This document shows positions 39,579 through 49,985 of a stretch of 64,000 nucleotides of DNA, in pieces. The notes beneath the pieces were generated by a model that worked only from the letters and a program-made list of their open reading frames with translations, did no database searches and was not told where the DNA came from. Within the stretch, counting starts at the first letter, position 1. Each line of letters starts with the position of its first letter. The stretch is taken from NCBI GenBank assembly GCA_963767725.1, contig CAVYEN010000002.1, positions 388,309 to 452,308 on the forward strand, given 5' to 3'. Made by a program: the position numbers and the translations under genes. The DNA comes from Vulcanimicrobiota bacterium (GTDB lineage: Bacteria; Vulcanimicrobiota; Vulcanimicrobiia; Vulcanimicrobiales; Vulcanimicrobiaceae).

Positions 39579-40988
39579 TCATTGGTGGGGCATCGCGCCG
39601 CCGGTTGAGTGCAGGAGCCGCCCGAGCGTTAAAGTGATTTCCGCCGCATTCTCAATCTGCGTGAAGAAGGGCACCAGCGTGGGCGTTTGCGAGCGCCGCT
39701 CGAAGGGCAGGATCGGTCCGTTCCACGCAAACTGAGTCGCCGATTCGCCCGCCAGACTGCGAAAGAAAAGCTCTGCGCCGAGTGCGTTCGCCCAGCCGAA
39801 CTCCTCGCGGGTGTAGCGCCAATATCCGTCCGGATAGAAGCTCTCGTGAATCAATCCGCTCTCACCGTCGGTCTCGGCAAGCGTGGTAATCGCGGTGGCC
39901 ACCTCGATGGCCGACGTTGCGGTCAACGCCCGTCCTATGATGCCGAGCGGCCAGATGTAACCGTAGGGCGTGTGTGGGCTGCCCAACCCCTGAGCGTAAC
40001 GGCCTGAGAAGTAGAACGGGTTGTCCATGCTCAGCGTAAAGGCGCGCGTCGACAAATACGTCGTGTCGAAAGCCGAGCACCAATCGAAATACGGCAGCGT
40101 CGTAAGGTTTGGGATGTTGGCATCGTCCATGAGGTTGTACTTTCCAAAGCCGTCGGTTTCGTACGCATACATCCAAGTGCGCCGGGTGCGATCGAAGAAG
40201 CGTCCGTATCGCTGCAGACCGCTTTGCACGCGAGCCGCGAGCGCTTGCGCTCGATCGGCCAGCGTTGCGTCTCGATAGCCGTCGCGCGCGAGCTGCACGA
40301 TATCGCGCAACGCTACGACCGCCATCGCATTTTGCGGAATGTTGAACCGGTACTCCACCGGATCGTCCGAGGGCCGGAAGGCGCCCCAGATCATGCCGGT
40401 CGCGTCGTTGTACGCGTCGTTGGTATAGACGAGCTGCGGGTATTCGTACCTGCTGCACGCGCGATGGCGTTCTTCACAAGCGTACGTCTCGACGATCGAA
40501 GCAAGCGCGCGACGCAGGTCCGGCGTGAAAACCGTTGCATCGCGGGTCGAGCGCCAGTAGACTGAGGCGAGAATCACCGGCCATGCCAGTGAGTCAACCT
40601 CCCATTTGCGTTCCCAAACCGTGTAGTCCGACCGCAGGGCGTTTGCGTAGCGATCGGCAAGAACGTTGCGCGCGTCGCGCTCGATGACGCCCGCGAACCG
40701 AGCTCGTAAGACCGGGTATGCGCTCTGAAAGCGAATGTATGGAATCGTTTGCGCCGAAGAATCGCGCAGCCACATTGCCGGAATGTCGCCCGTTTGCACG
40801 TAGGTCGTTGCGTCGTCTTCGAGAAAAAAGTCGTGCAGCAGCGTGTGGAAGAGCTGCGCTGTTTGGATGTCGCGCACGCGTTTACCGGTCAGCGGCACCA
40901 CCAGCGTCTCGCCCGCCGCGGGCGCCGCGCCTTGAAACGCCAGAATAAATGTTAGCGCAAAGCCGGCGAGACACGCAAATAAGCGCAC
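39579..40988 (-). CDS. Glycoside hydrolase family 125 (exo-alpha-1,6-mannosidase-like) with signal peptide
   Basis: 469 aa. TGDIPAMWLRDSSAQ and the overall (alpha/alpha)6 family pattern; the N-terminus MRLFACLAGFALTFILAFQGAAPAAG is a signal peptide. Confidence 0.85.
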   Translation of the reverse strand: MRLFACLAGFALTFILAFQGAAPAAGETLVVPLTGKRVRDIQTAQLFHTLLHDFFLEDDATTYVQTGDIPAMWLRDSSAQTIPYIRFQSAYPVLRARFAGVIERDARNVLADRYANALRSDYTVWERKWEVDSLAWPVILASVYWRSTRDATVFTPDLRRALASIVETYACEERHRACSRYEYPQLVYTNDAYNDATGMIWGAFRPSDDPVEYRFNIPQNAMAVVALRDIVQLARDGYRDATLADRAQALAARVQSGLQRYGRFFDRTRRTWMYAYETDGFGKYNLMDDANIPNLTTLPYFDWCSAFDTTYLSTRAFTLSMDNPFYFSGRYAQGLGSPHTPYGYIWPLGIIGRALTATSAIEVATAITTLAETDGESGLIHESFYPDGYWRYTREEFGWANALGAELFFRSLAGESATQFAWNGPILPFERRSQTPTLVPFFTQIENAAEITLTLGRLLHSTGGAMPHQ

Positions 40989-41049
40989 TGAGAAATCTCG
41001 CGTTAGACGTAAGGAAGGTCAGCTCTTGCCGTGAGCAGCAAACACCAGG

Positions 41050-41973
41050 GTGAATTTGACGGATCGGGCGCAAACCGAACTCCTGCGCGAATTCGAGCTG
41101 CGCAATCCGCGCGCGCTCGCCCGGGCGATTTCGCTCGCCGAGTCGGGGCGCGGCGGCGATCTCGTTCGGGCGCTCTATTCCGCGACAGGACGCGCGGTCA
41201 CTGTTGGCCTCACCGGTCCGCCAGGCGTCGGCAAATCGACACTCGCCTCCGACCTCGTTGCCAACGCACGCGCGCTGGGCAAGCGTGTCGGCGTCATTTC
41301 CGTCGATCCAAGCTCGCCGTTTTCGCATGGCGCGCTGCTCGGCGATCGCATCCGTCTCGCCGAGCACTTCACCGACGAAGCCGTTTTTATTCGATCGATG
41401 GCGAGCCGCGGGCATCTCGGCGGCCTCGCCGGTGCAACCGCCGACGCGGTCTTGCTGATGGATGCCTTCGGCTTCGATCTCGTGCTGATCGAAACGGTTG
41501 GCGTTGGTCAGAGCGAGGTTGCAATTGCGGAGCTTGCGCAAACGACAATCGTTGCGCTCCAACCAGGTAGCGGCGATTCCATTCAAGTGCTCAAGGCCGG
41601 CATCATGGAAATCGCCGACGTCTTCGTCGTAAACAAGTCCGATCACCCGATGGCCGATCAGCTTCGCCGGGAGATCCGATCGATGATGGGCATGTTGCAG
41701 TGGCCCGGCTGGGTGCCGGAGCTCGTCATGACGCAAGCGTTGGATGGCCGCGGAATTGATGAGCTCGTGCGCGCGATCGAACGACACGCTGCGTACTTGA
41801 ACGAAACCGGCGAGATCGAACGGCGTCGGCGCGACGCGTTCACACATCAAGTGCGCCAGCTTGCGCTGGGGCGTTTGGAGCAGCGGCTCAATCGCGCGCT
41901 GCAAGCGCAAACGCGCGGCGACCTCGACCCATACGAAGCGGCCGATCGAATTCTGTCCGACCTCGGTCTTTAG
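41050..41973 (+). CDS. meaB: Methylmalonyl-CoA mutase-associated G-protein chaperone MeaB/ArgK
   Basis: 307 aa: [27 protein letters not shown]. Confidence 0.93.
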   Translation: MNLTDRAQTELLREFELRNPRALARAISLAESGRGGDLVRALYSATGRAVTVGLTGPPGVGKSTLASDLVANARALGKRVGVISVDPSSPFSHGALLGDRIRLAEHFTDEAVFIRSMASRGHLGGLAGATADAVLLMDAFGFDLVLIETVGVGQSEVAIAELAQTTIVALQPGSGDSIQVLKAGIMEIADVFVVNKSDHPMADQLRREIRSMMGMLQWPGWVPELVMTQALDGRGIDELVRAIERHAAYLNETGEIERRRRDAFTHQVRQLALGRLEQRLNRALQAQTRGDLDPYEAADRILSDLGL

Positions 41974-42010
41974 GGAGATTTACCCTACGGCGTCGAAAAG
42001 CTTGGCCGCT

Positions 42011-43681
42011 ATGTCCCTTCGAGAGCCTCAAGCTAGGCTTACAACGATGGAGCGGCCGAGCCGAGCCTGGGCTCGCAAGGGTCCCGGCTCCGGTGCGCTG
42101 GACCGGACGATTTCAGACGTTGCCTTGAAGACGGTCTACGGACCGGAAGACCTCGCGGAGCTCGATCTAGCGCGCACGCTCCCAGCGCCGGGCGAATATC
42201 CGTACACGCGCGGCATTCATCGCAACGGTTATCGCGACCGCCTTTGGACGATGCGGCAGTTTGCCGGTTTCGGCACCGCGGCGCAGACGAACGAACGCTA
42301 TCACTTTTTGCTCGAGCACGGCCAGCACGGGCTTTCGGTTGCCTTCGACATGCCGACGCTGATGGGCTACGATTCGGACGCGCCGCAGGCTCGCGGCGAA
42401 GTCGGCAAGTGCGGCGTCGCGATCGATTCGCTCGCCGACATGGAGCTGCTCTTCGACGGCATCGATATGGGCGAGATCACTACCTCGATGACGATCAACG
42501 GGCCGGCCTGCATTGCCCTAGCGCAATACGTCGCGGCCGCAGAGAAAAAGGGCATTCCGCGCGGGCGGCTGGGAGGTACGCTTCAGGCGGATATCCTCAA
42601 GGAGTACATCGCGCAGAAGGAATGGATCTTTCCGCCGCGGCCACATATGCGCATCATTGTCGATATGATCCAGTTTTGTACTCGAGAGATGCCGCGGTGG
42701 AACACGATCTCCATCTCCGGGTATCACATTCGCGAGGCCGGCTCGACCGCGGCTCAGGAGCTTGCGTTCACGCTCGCCGACGGCTTTGCGTACGTCGAGG
42801 CCTGCATGGCTGCGGGAATGGATGTCGACGAGTTCGCTCCACGTCTCTCGTTCTTCTTCAACTCGCACATCGACTTCTTCGAAGAGATCGCCAAGTTCCG
42901 AGCCGCGCGCCGAATCTACGCGCGGCATATGCGTGAGAAGTACGGCGCGCGCAATCCTCGCTCGTGGCAACTTCGATTCCACACGCAGACGGCGGGTTGC
43001 AGCGCGACGGCGCAACAGCCCGAAAACAACATCGTGCGCGTCGCCTATGAGGCGATGGCCGCGGTGCTTGGCGGCACGCAGTCGCTGCACACGAACTCAA
43101 TGGACGAAGTATTGGCGCTTCCGACGGAAAAGTCGGTCGAGATCGCCTTACGCACGCAACAGGTCTTAGCATACGAAACGAACGTGACCAACGTGGTGGA
43201 TCCACTCGGCGGCTCTTATTTCGTCGAAGCTCTGACGAACGAAATGGAACGCCAAGCCGAAGCCTACTTCGCGCAAATCGCCGAATACGGCGGCATCATC
43301 GAGGCGATTGAAGCAGGCTTTTTTCAGCGCGAGATCGCCGACGCGAGCTATCGGTACCAACGCTCGATTGAAACCAAAGACCGCATTGTCGTCGGCGTCA
43401 ATGCCTTCGCGCACGATGAGAACGAGGAAGAGATCGATTTATTGAAGATCACCGAAGAGATGGAGCGTGAGCAGGCCGACGCGGTGCGTAGCCTGCGTGC
43501 AAACCGCGACGGCGGCGCCGTCGCCCGCGCGCTCGAGCGCCTGCAGGCCGCCTGCCGTGACCCTCAGGATAACCTCATGACGCATCTCATCGACTGCGTC
43601 AATGCGTACTGCACCGAAGGGGAGATCGTCGAGGCGATGGCGGCGGTCTACGGACGCTATACCGAACGAGCGGTGCTTTAG
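42011..43681 (+). CDS. Methylmalonyl-CoA mutase family, catalytic (large) subunit
   Basis: About 556 aa from ATG 42011: [41 protein letters not shown]. Substrate specificity (MCM versus another acyl-CoA mutase) cannot be decided by eye. Confidence 0.92.
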   Translation: MSLREPQARLTTMERPSRAWARKGPGSGALDRTISDVALKTVYGPEDLAELDLARTLPAPGEYPYTRGIHRNGYRDRLWTMRQFAGFGTAAQTNERYHFLLEHGQHGLSVAFDMPTLMGYDSDAPQARGEVGKCGVAIDSLADMELLFDGIDMGEITTSMTINGPACIALAQYVAAAEKKGIPRGRLGGTLQADILKEYIAQKEWIFPPRPHMRIIVDMIQFCTREMPRWNTISISGYHIREAGSTAAQELAFTLADGFAYVEACMAAGMDVDEFAPRLSFFFNSHIDFFEEIAKFRAARRIYARHMREKYGARNPRSWQLRFHTQTAGCSATAQQPENNIVRVAYEAMAAVLGGTQSLHTNSMDEVLALPTEKSVEIALRTQQVLAYETNVTNVVDPLGGSYFVEALTNEMERQAEAYFAQIAEYGGIIEAIEAGFFQREIADASYRYQRSIETKDRIVVGVNAFAHDENEEEIDLLKITEEMEREQADAVRSLRANRDGGAVARALERLQAACRDPQDNLMTHLIDCVNAYCTEGEIVEAMAAVYGRYTERAVL

Positions 43682-43823
43682 TGCCGCACAAGCACACCTT
43701 ACGCTGTAGAACCGAGATCGAGCTGTATCGAATGCGGCGCACGCTTGCGCACGTGCGTGCGAAAGCTCGAAGAAGCGCTCGATTTGAGCCGCCGTCGCGC
43801 AGCGATACGCGCGGGATTCGAAC

Positions 43824-44239
43824 ATGAACGATCGACCGCTGCGCATCGTCATCGCTAAAGCCGGGCTCGACGGGCACGACCGTGGGGCAAAAGTCATCGC
43901 GCGGGCCTTGCGCGATGCCGGGATGGAGGTCATTTATACCGGGCTTTTCCAGGCGCCCGAGCAGATCGTGCAAACCGCCATCCAGGAAGACGCCGACGGC
44001 ATCGGCCTATCGATCCTTTCCGGCGCGCACATGACCCTTTTCCCGCTCGTCGTCGAGCAACTGAAAAGCCACGACGCGGCGGACATCGTCTTTTTCGGCG
44101 GCGGAACGATCCCGGCCGAAGACGCAAAGCGTCTTAAAGAATTGGGCGTGCGCGAGATATTCACCCCGGCGCGCCGCTACAGGAGATCGTCGACTTCGTC
44201 GAACGCGAATGCGGTAAACGACGAGCGTTGGTCGGTTGA
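43824..44239 (+). pseudogene. Methylmalonyl-CoA mutase family, B12-binding (small) subunit, one frame break near the 3' end
   Basis: [24 protein letters not shown] (DxHxxG). After ...REIFT the family-typical end [24 protein letters not shown] is one frame over and stops at TGA 44237-44239. The break is in the C-run at 44164-44167. Confidence 0.85.
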
Positions 44240-45671
44240 GCGTTGCACGGTACGAACGCGCGTCGCGCCATCGCCGACCGGCGATCCGCACGTCGGAACG
44301 GCGTACGTCGCACTGGTCAACTACTGCTTCGCGCGCCAACACGGCGGGGAGTTCGTGTTGCGCATCGAGGACACCGATCGAGCGCGCAGCACGGCCCAGA
44401 GCGAACGCGCGATTCTCGAAACTCTGCGCTGGTGCGGACTCGATTGGGACGAGGGGCCCGACGTCGGCGGGCCGCACGGACCGTATCGGCAGAGCGAGCG
44501 ATCGGCGATCTACCGCGAATACGCCGAAAAGTTGCTTGCGAGCGGCCACGCCTTTAAGTGTTTTTGCACGCCGCAGCGGCTCGACGAGATGCGCGTCGCA
44601 CAGCGCGCTGCCGGCCACCCGTCGCGCTACGACGGATTCTGCCGCACCTATTCGCCCGACATGGTAGCGCAGCGCGAGTCGCGCGGCGAATCCCACGTTC
44701 TACGGATGGTCGTGCCCGATCGGGGCGTGTGCGTCGTCGACGATTTACGCCGCGGGCCGATCGAGTTCGATTACGGCAGCGTGGACATGCAGGTGCTCGT
44801 GAAATCCGACGGTATGCCGACGTACCATCTTGCGAACGTGGTCGACGATCACCTCATGGCGATCACGCACGTATTTCGCGGCGAAGAATGGATCTCGAGC
44901 GCACCCAAACATCTCTTGCTCTACTCGTACTTCGGATGGCAGCCCCCGAAGCTGATGCACCTGCCGCTGCTGAGAAATCCCGACAAGAGCAAGCTGAGCA
45001 AACGCAAGAATCCTACGGGGATTCTCTTCTATCGCGCGATGGGGTATCTGCCGGAGGCGTTGATCAATTTCTTGGCTTTGCTCGTGAACGCGACGCGCGA
45101 AGGCGAGGACGAGCTGATGGATCTGCCGGCGATCGTGCGACGATTCCAGCTCGACCACGTCCCGATCAGCGGGCCCGTCTTCGACGTTGCAAAGCTCGAT
45201 TGGCTCAACGCTCGCTACATTCGCGAGCGGCTCGATCCCGCGTCGTTCGTGGAGCGCGTGCAGGAGTGGGCGGTTTCGCCGGAGCGCTTGACGCGTCTTG
45301 CGCATCTTGCCGCGTCGCGCATCGAGAGATTCAGCGATCTGGGACCGCTGCTGGCCTTTCTCTTTTCGGGGCGCATCCCGCTGCAAGCCGCGGATCTGCG
45401 GAGCAAGAAGCTCGACGAGCGCGCAGACGCGCCAAGCGCATAGCGCTGGCGCTGAGCGAACTCGACGCGCTGCCGGCTTGGAACGCTTTTTGGATCGAAA
45501 CGGCACTAAAGCGAGTCGCCGAAACGCTGGAAAAGAAAACACGTGACCTGGCGCGCCCCTTTTACGTTGCCATCACGGGAAGCCCGACGTCGATTCCGCT
45601 CTACGATTCGATGGAGCTGCTTGGCCGGGACGTCGTTCGGGAGCGGTTGCGCAACGCCCTCGAGCTCCTAA
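44236..45671 (+). pseudogene. gltX: Glutamate--tRNA ligase, at least two frame breaks; start and stop uncertain
   Basis: [19 protein letters not shown]...KLSKRK lies in the frame of ORF 43824..45443. The C-terminus ([21 protein letters not shown]...RPFYVAITGSPTSIPLYDSMELLG) lies in the frame of ORF 44558..47035. The proposed TTG start at 44236 needs one extra base near 44248. The listed end assumes the off-frame TAA at 45669-45671. Confidence 0.85.
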
Positions 45672-45691
45672 CGCGCCGAACCGGTGGTCGT

Positions 45692-47035
45692 ATGATACGC
45701 GGGATCGTCCTGGCGGCCGGCAAGGGAACGCGCATGAAGAGCGCGCGCTCGAAGGTACTTCACGAGATTTGCGGGCGTCCGATGCTTTGGTACGTCCTGC
45801 GGGCTTTGCGTGGTGCCGGTCTGACCGAGATCCTCGTCGTGGTCAACGACGAACTCGAAGGGCAGATTGGGCGCTTCGGCGTCGCCAGCGTCTTGCAGGC
45901 AGACCAGCTCGGCACGGGCCACGCAGTGCGCGTTGCGCTCGAACGGCTCGAGCCGCGCCCGGGCGGGCGAATCGTCGTTGCATGCGGCGACATGCCGCTG
46001 GTTACCCAAGAGATCTTCCGGAGTATCATCGGCTCGTTCGGCGAGCAGGAGCCGGGCAACGGCGCGATGTCGCTCGTTACCGTGAAGATGCCGCTGCCGT
46101 CGAGCTTCGGGCGGATCGTTCGGCGCGGATCGCTCGTCGAGCGCATCGTGGAGGTGCGCGACGCGACCCCCGACGAGCTCGCGATCGACGAGATGAATGC
46201 CGGCATCTACGCGTTCGACGAAACCGCACTGCGCGATGCGGTAGCCAACTTACGCGACCACAACGCGCAGTCGGAGTACTATCTCACCGATGCGGTCGAG
46301 TACTTTGTTAAGGCGGGCAAGCGGATTCATGCAGTTCCCGAGGCCGAGCATTTCCAGATGTTGGGAATCAACGACCGCGTCGAGCTGGCGCAAGCGCGTA
46401 GGGCGATGAACGCACGGCTCTGCGCGCAGCACATGCGCGACGGCGTCACGATCGTCGATCCGGAAACGACCTATCTCGAGCCGGAGCTGGAGATCGGCAG
46501 AGATACGGTCATTTATCCCAACACGACGATCGCTCGTCTCTCCAAAATCGGCGAGAGTTGCGTGATCGGTCCCAACAGCCGACTCTCGCACGTGGTGCTC
46601 GGCGAGCGCGTAACGGTTCGCGAAAGCGTCGTAATGAACGCCACGATCGGCAGCGACGTTTCCGTGGGACCGTTCGCACATCTGCGCGGCGACACTCGCG
46701 TCGCCGATCGCGTGCAAGTCGGAAACTTCGTCGAAATCAAGAAATCGAAGCTGGCACGCGGCGTGAAGGTGAACCATCTCTCGTATCTTGGCGATGCGAC
46801 GATCGGAGAAGAGACGAACGTCGGCGCCGGCACTATCACCTGCAACTTCGACGGGACCAAGAAGAATCCGACGATCGTCGGGCGCGACGTCGCGATCGGT
46901 TCCAATACCGCCCTTGTCGCACCGGTGACTGTCGGCGACGGAGCGTTGACCGGTGCGGGTTCGGTCGTCACCAAAGACGTCGCCGACGGCGAGCGCGTCG
47001 CCGGAAATCCCGCGCGCCCGCTTCCAAGAAAATGA
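45692..47035 (+). CDS. glmU: Bifunctional GlcNAc-1-P uridyltransferase / GlcN-1-P acetyltransferase
   Basis: MIRGIVLAAGKGTRMKS plus C-terminal left-handed beta-helix hexapeptide repeats. Confidence 0.95.
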   Translation: MIRGIVLAAGKGTRMKSARSKVLHEICGRPMLWYVLRALRGAGLTEILVVVNDELEGQIGRFGVASVLQADQLGTGHAVRVALERLEPRPGGRIVVACGDMPLVTQEIFRSIIGSFGEQEPGNGAMSLVTVKMPLPSSFGRIVRRGSLVERIVEVRDATPDELAIDEMNAGIYAFDETALRDAVANLRDHNAQSEYYLTDAVEYFVKAGKRIHAVPEAEHFQMLGINDRVELAQARRAMNARLCAQHMRDGVTIVDPETTYLEPELEIGRDTVIYPNTTIARLSKIGESCVIGPNSRLSHVVLGERVTVRESVVMNATIGSDVSVGPFAHLRGDTRVADRVQVGNFVEIKKSKLARGVKVNHLSYLGDATIGEETNVGAGTITCNFDGTKKNPTIVGRDVAIGSNTALVAPVTVGDGALTGAGSVVTKDVADGERVAGNPARPLPRK

Positions 47036-48102
47036 GATGGATGCTCGCAGTAGCGCTGGGGCTGCTGCTGGGCACCGTCGCGTTGACCGCTATAGCGTCG
47101 GCGGCGAGGTATCCCAACGCGCTCGACTTGCGCGTCGACTCGCTTTCTCGCAGCGCGCTTCTCAGCGAGCCGGCGACGGCGCTGGTCGATCCCGCACGCC
47201 AGACCGCGGCCATTCGGCGTGCTCATTGGACGGTCGTCGGGTTCGTGCTCATCCAGCTCTTCGAAGCCGCGGCGCTCTTCTATCTTTGGAACTCGGGCGC
47301 CGCGGGCGCCCTGCGCGATCGACTCCGGCGCCGCTTCTGTAGAGAAACGGCAGTGCGATTTTGTTTCGGCGCGATGCTTGCGCTCGTGGCGCGAGTCGCC
47401 GCGTTCGTTCCATCCTTCTATCTCTATCGCGTCGACCGCACACTCGATCTGACCTTCGAGCTCACGCGGATCTGGGCGCTCTATTGGATCTTCCACACGA
47501 TCGTGGCGATGATCGTTGCGGGAGTGACCGCGGCGATCGTTCTTTGGCTCGCGTCGCGCACGCACCAATGGTACGTCTATGCGATCGCAGCGATCCTGGC
47601 AGCAAGCGTCGCCTGGTCGTACCTCAATCCCGTGCGGGTCGCGCAAATTGCCGGCAGCTCGCCGGCGGAAACCAAGTATCTGAACGACTACGAGCTTGCA
47701 TACGCCGCGCACGGCTACCAGCTTTCGATCGCGCTAATCGAAGGCGGGATCATTATCGTCTTTGCCACGCTGGCAGTCGTCCTCGCCGACCGCATCCGTT
47801 TCCGGCGTGACGACGATCCGCTCTCGCGCCTTGCAATCGTTGGCGCACTCTTGGCGCTGGTTTATCTTGCAGCCGTCCCCGTCCGCAACGCCACGCTCCG
47901 TTCCTACGATTTGGGCGCCGACGCGTACGCGGTGGCGCTTACCGGAAATCCGGCCGCTGCGGTTCGAGCGCTCGTGCGCGCCGGCGATCGGCGCATGGTA
48001 GAAGTTTGCCCGGAGCTAACCGCAATGCTCTTTCTCTACACCACTCCGGGAATCGGAACGCGCGTAGCGGCGATCAACCACGTCCGGAGCGGCTGTCCCT
48101 AA
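47032..48102 (+). CDS. Polytopic membrane protein, M48 (Ste24/HtpX)-like with a degenerate metal site
   Basis: The ATG at 47032 overlaps the glmU TGA (ATGA). There are 6-7 TM segments. The C-terminal RSYDLGADAYAVALTGNP...RVAAI resembles the M48 R..E..AD...HP...RI region, and YELAY occupies the HExxH position about 75 aa upstream. Confidence 0.55.
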   Translation: MRWMLAVALGLLLGTVALTAIASAARYPNALDLRVDSLSRSALLSEPATALVDPARQTAAIRRAHWTVVGFVLIQLFEAAALFYLWNSGAAGALRDRLRRRFCRETAVRFCFGAMLALVARVAAFVPSFYLYRVDRTLDLTFELTRIWALYWIFHTIVAMIVAGVTAAIVLWLASRTHQWYVYAIAAILAASVAWSYLNPVRVAQIAGSSPAETKYLNDYELAYAAHGYQLSIALIEGGIIIVFATLAVVLADRIRFRRDDDPLSRLAIVGALLALVYLAAVPVRNATLRSYDLGADAYAVALTGNPAAAVRALVRAGDRRMVEVCPELTAMLFLYTTPGIGTRVAAINHVRSGCP

Positions 48103-48169
48103 AGCAGAAGGCCCGCCGGAGCGAGCCCTCTTCCAGACCAAGGCGTATTCTGGCCGTGTTGTCAGGCTC

Positions 48170-49120
48170 CTAAGGCAGATGCACTTGTTGCAGTGACGTC
48201 GGCAGATGCGGACGATGTAGTCGTCTCTGATGGTAAAGGGGGAACCGTTCGTCGGACGAGCCCGCAGGATGCGCGACAACGCGATAGTCGAAGTAGACTG
48301 AGGAACGTCCGCGCTCAGCCTCGCGAACGACGAATCCTCGCTGGTACTTCGTCGCGACGTAGAGCCAACCGCGCGTCTCGCCATCGGGCGTAATGAAAAC
48401 CTGATATCCCTTGCTGGTGTCCAGCGTGCTCGCGAAATCCGGCTCTAAATGGACGACGCCGACGCCTTCGCTCAGCCGCGCGGTGCCGGTATCTTCGATC
48501 GTTGCACGCGGCGCGATCGGCACGCTAGCTCGCACTTGGACGCCGCCAGGCTTACGAATGCTCGTTGAAAACCCTCCGAAGGCGGTAACGGATCCGTCAA
48601 AAACGCCGTTGCCGGCGGCATCGACGATAAACGAGCCTGCCGGTATCGAGCCCTCCGCCGCACCAAACGTGTAGATCGGAAAGGCGCTGTAATCGTCGAC
48701 CTGGGACGTAATACCGTATCCGGCCCTGTTGCAGCAAATCGGATTATATGCCGCGACGCCCTCCCCAGCGCCCACGGCATAAACTCCAACACCGTCGGAA
48801 ACGGTGGTCGAAATACCCTCGACGCCCGTGCCGCCTGATCCGGTAGCTTGCCCTTTCACGCCGAAGCCGTTAAACCCGCTCGCGTTGCCGCTAACCCCGG
48901 CGCTGCCCCTGCCCTGGGCGGTGCCCCGGATGCCCGCGCCGCTCCCGGTGTTCGATTCGAGAAGGCAGGGACTACTGGATTTGCAGGTAGTCTCATGTTG
49001 AACTTGACGCTCAGTCGCGGGCGATCCCGAAACGATGCCCGCGCTCGACAGGGCCAGGCTCGTCCCAAGTATGACGACGCCGGCGCCGGTAAGAATCACG
49101 CTTCTTGAAGTCAATCGCAT
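48170..49120 (-). CDS. Secreted Gly-rich hypothetical protein
   Basis: 316 aa with signal peptide MRLTSRSVILTGAGVVILGTSLALSSA, a Gly-rich repetitive region (GSGAGIRGTAQGRGSAGVSGNASGFNGFGVKG...) and a C-terminal beta-rich domain. No family name recalled. Confidence 0.55.
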   Translation of the reverse strand: MRLTSRSVILTGAGVVILGTSLALSSAGIVSGSPATERQVQHETTCKSSSPCLLESNTGSGAGIRGTAQGRGSAGVSGNASGFNGFGVKGQATGSGGTGVEGISTTVSDGVGVYAVGAGEGVAAYNPICCNRAGYGITSQVDDYSAFPIYTFGAAEGSIPAGSFIVDAAGNGVFDGSVTAFGGFSTSIRKPGGVQVRASVPIAPRATIEDTGTARLSEGVGVVHLEPDFASTLDTSKGYQVFITPDGETRGWLYVATKYQRGFVVREAERGRSSVYFDYRVVAHPAGSSDERFPLYHQRRLHRPHLPTSLQQVHLP

Positions 49121-49400
49121 ACGTTGCTCCTTGTCGTTGTGGGTTTGATGCTCACGAGTGTAGGGACCGCAGGCCGCGGTATAGCCGATCCGACGGCGGT
49201 TCGTGCCGAGTGCCTAGCCACTTGAACTTGAAGCCTTCATAAAGGATTCGTTCTTGAGCCAAGCTCGTCGGACGAAATCGAGATCGTTTGCGGCGCGTCG
49301 TCCTGACAGGAGCGACGAGGACGCAAAGCGGTGAGCTACGGTCCTGAACCCACCCTGCGCCTTCTTGCAGGGATTGTCAAGTCTAGAAAAGTGCTCCGGT

Positions 49401-49949
49401 CTAAGCCGGCCGAACAAGCTCCCATGTGTTGACGAAACGCATCGCCGCTTCTACGCCGTCGTCGATCCAATGCTCCACGCCGTCGGCCGCGGCGTTCACG
49501 ATACTCGGCAACAGGTGCCGTTCATCGTCGCGAAACGGGCTCAATACGTGGTCGACGCTGTCGTACTCCGGGCGGCCTACCCCAATGCGAATGCGCGGAA
49601 ACTCCTGGCCGATCGTTGCGATGATCGAGCGAAGGCCATTATGACCGCCGTGTCCCCCGCCGGGCCGCATGCGTAGCCTTCCAAACGGTAGATCTATATC
49701 GTCGCTGACCACGAGCACGCCTAGCGGCGGCGTACGATACCAGGTCGAGATCAAGCGCACCGGCGTGCCGGAAAGATTCATAAACGTGAGCGGCTTGATC
49801 AGGACGACGTCGCGGGTTACCTCGACGGCTTGCTGCGCACCGTCTTTTTTCTTCCAGTTCGTAATGCCGTAGCGCCGCGCCACTTCGTCGATGACCGTGA
49901 AGCCGGCGTTGTGGCGCGTTGCGACGTACTCTGCCCCAGGATTGCCCAA
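49401..49949 (-). CDS. pth: Peptidyl-tRNA hydrolase (start uncertain; may extend to 49985)
   Basis: GNPGAEYVATRHNAGF...HGGHNGLRS. The conserved RLVVGLGNPG strand extends upstream of the TTG at 49949. Confidence 0.92.
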   Translation of the reverse strand: MGNPGAEYVATRHNAGFTVIDEVARRYGITNWKKKDGAQQAVEVTRDVVLIKPLTFMNLSGTPVRLISTWYRTPPLGVLVVSDDIDLPFGRLRMRPGGGHGGHNGLRSIIATIGQEFPRIRIGVGRPEYDSVDHVLSPFRDDERHLLPSIVNAAADGVEHWIDDGVEAAMRFVNTWELVRPA

Positions 49950-49985
49950 GCCGACGACGAGTCTGCGGCTAGGTCGTTCAGCCAG

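Noticed and set aside
43824-45443. 539-aa ORF taken as a genuine B12-binding-domain/GltX fusion protein
   Set aside because: The B12 subunit continues with its family-typical C-terminus one frame over and stops at 44237-44239. The junction residues in the fused frame are non-homologous. The break sits in a C homopolymer.
49214-49417. 67-aa ORF between pth and the Gly-rich secreted protein
   Set aside because: It overlaps the pth stop, has no SD sequence, and has a low-complexity, Arg/Ser-rich translation. The region is treated as non-coding.
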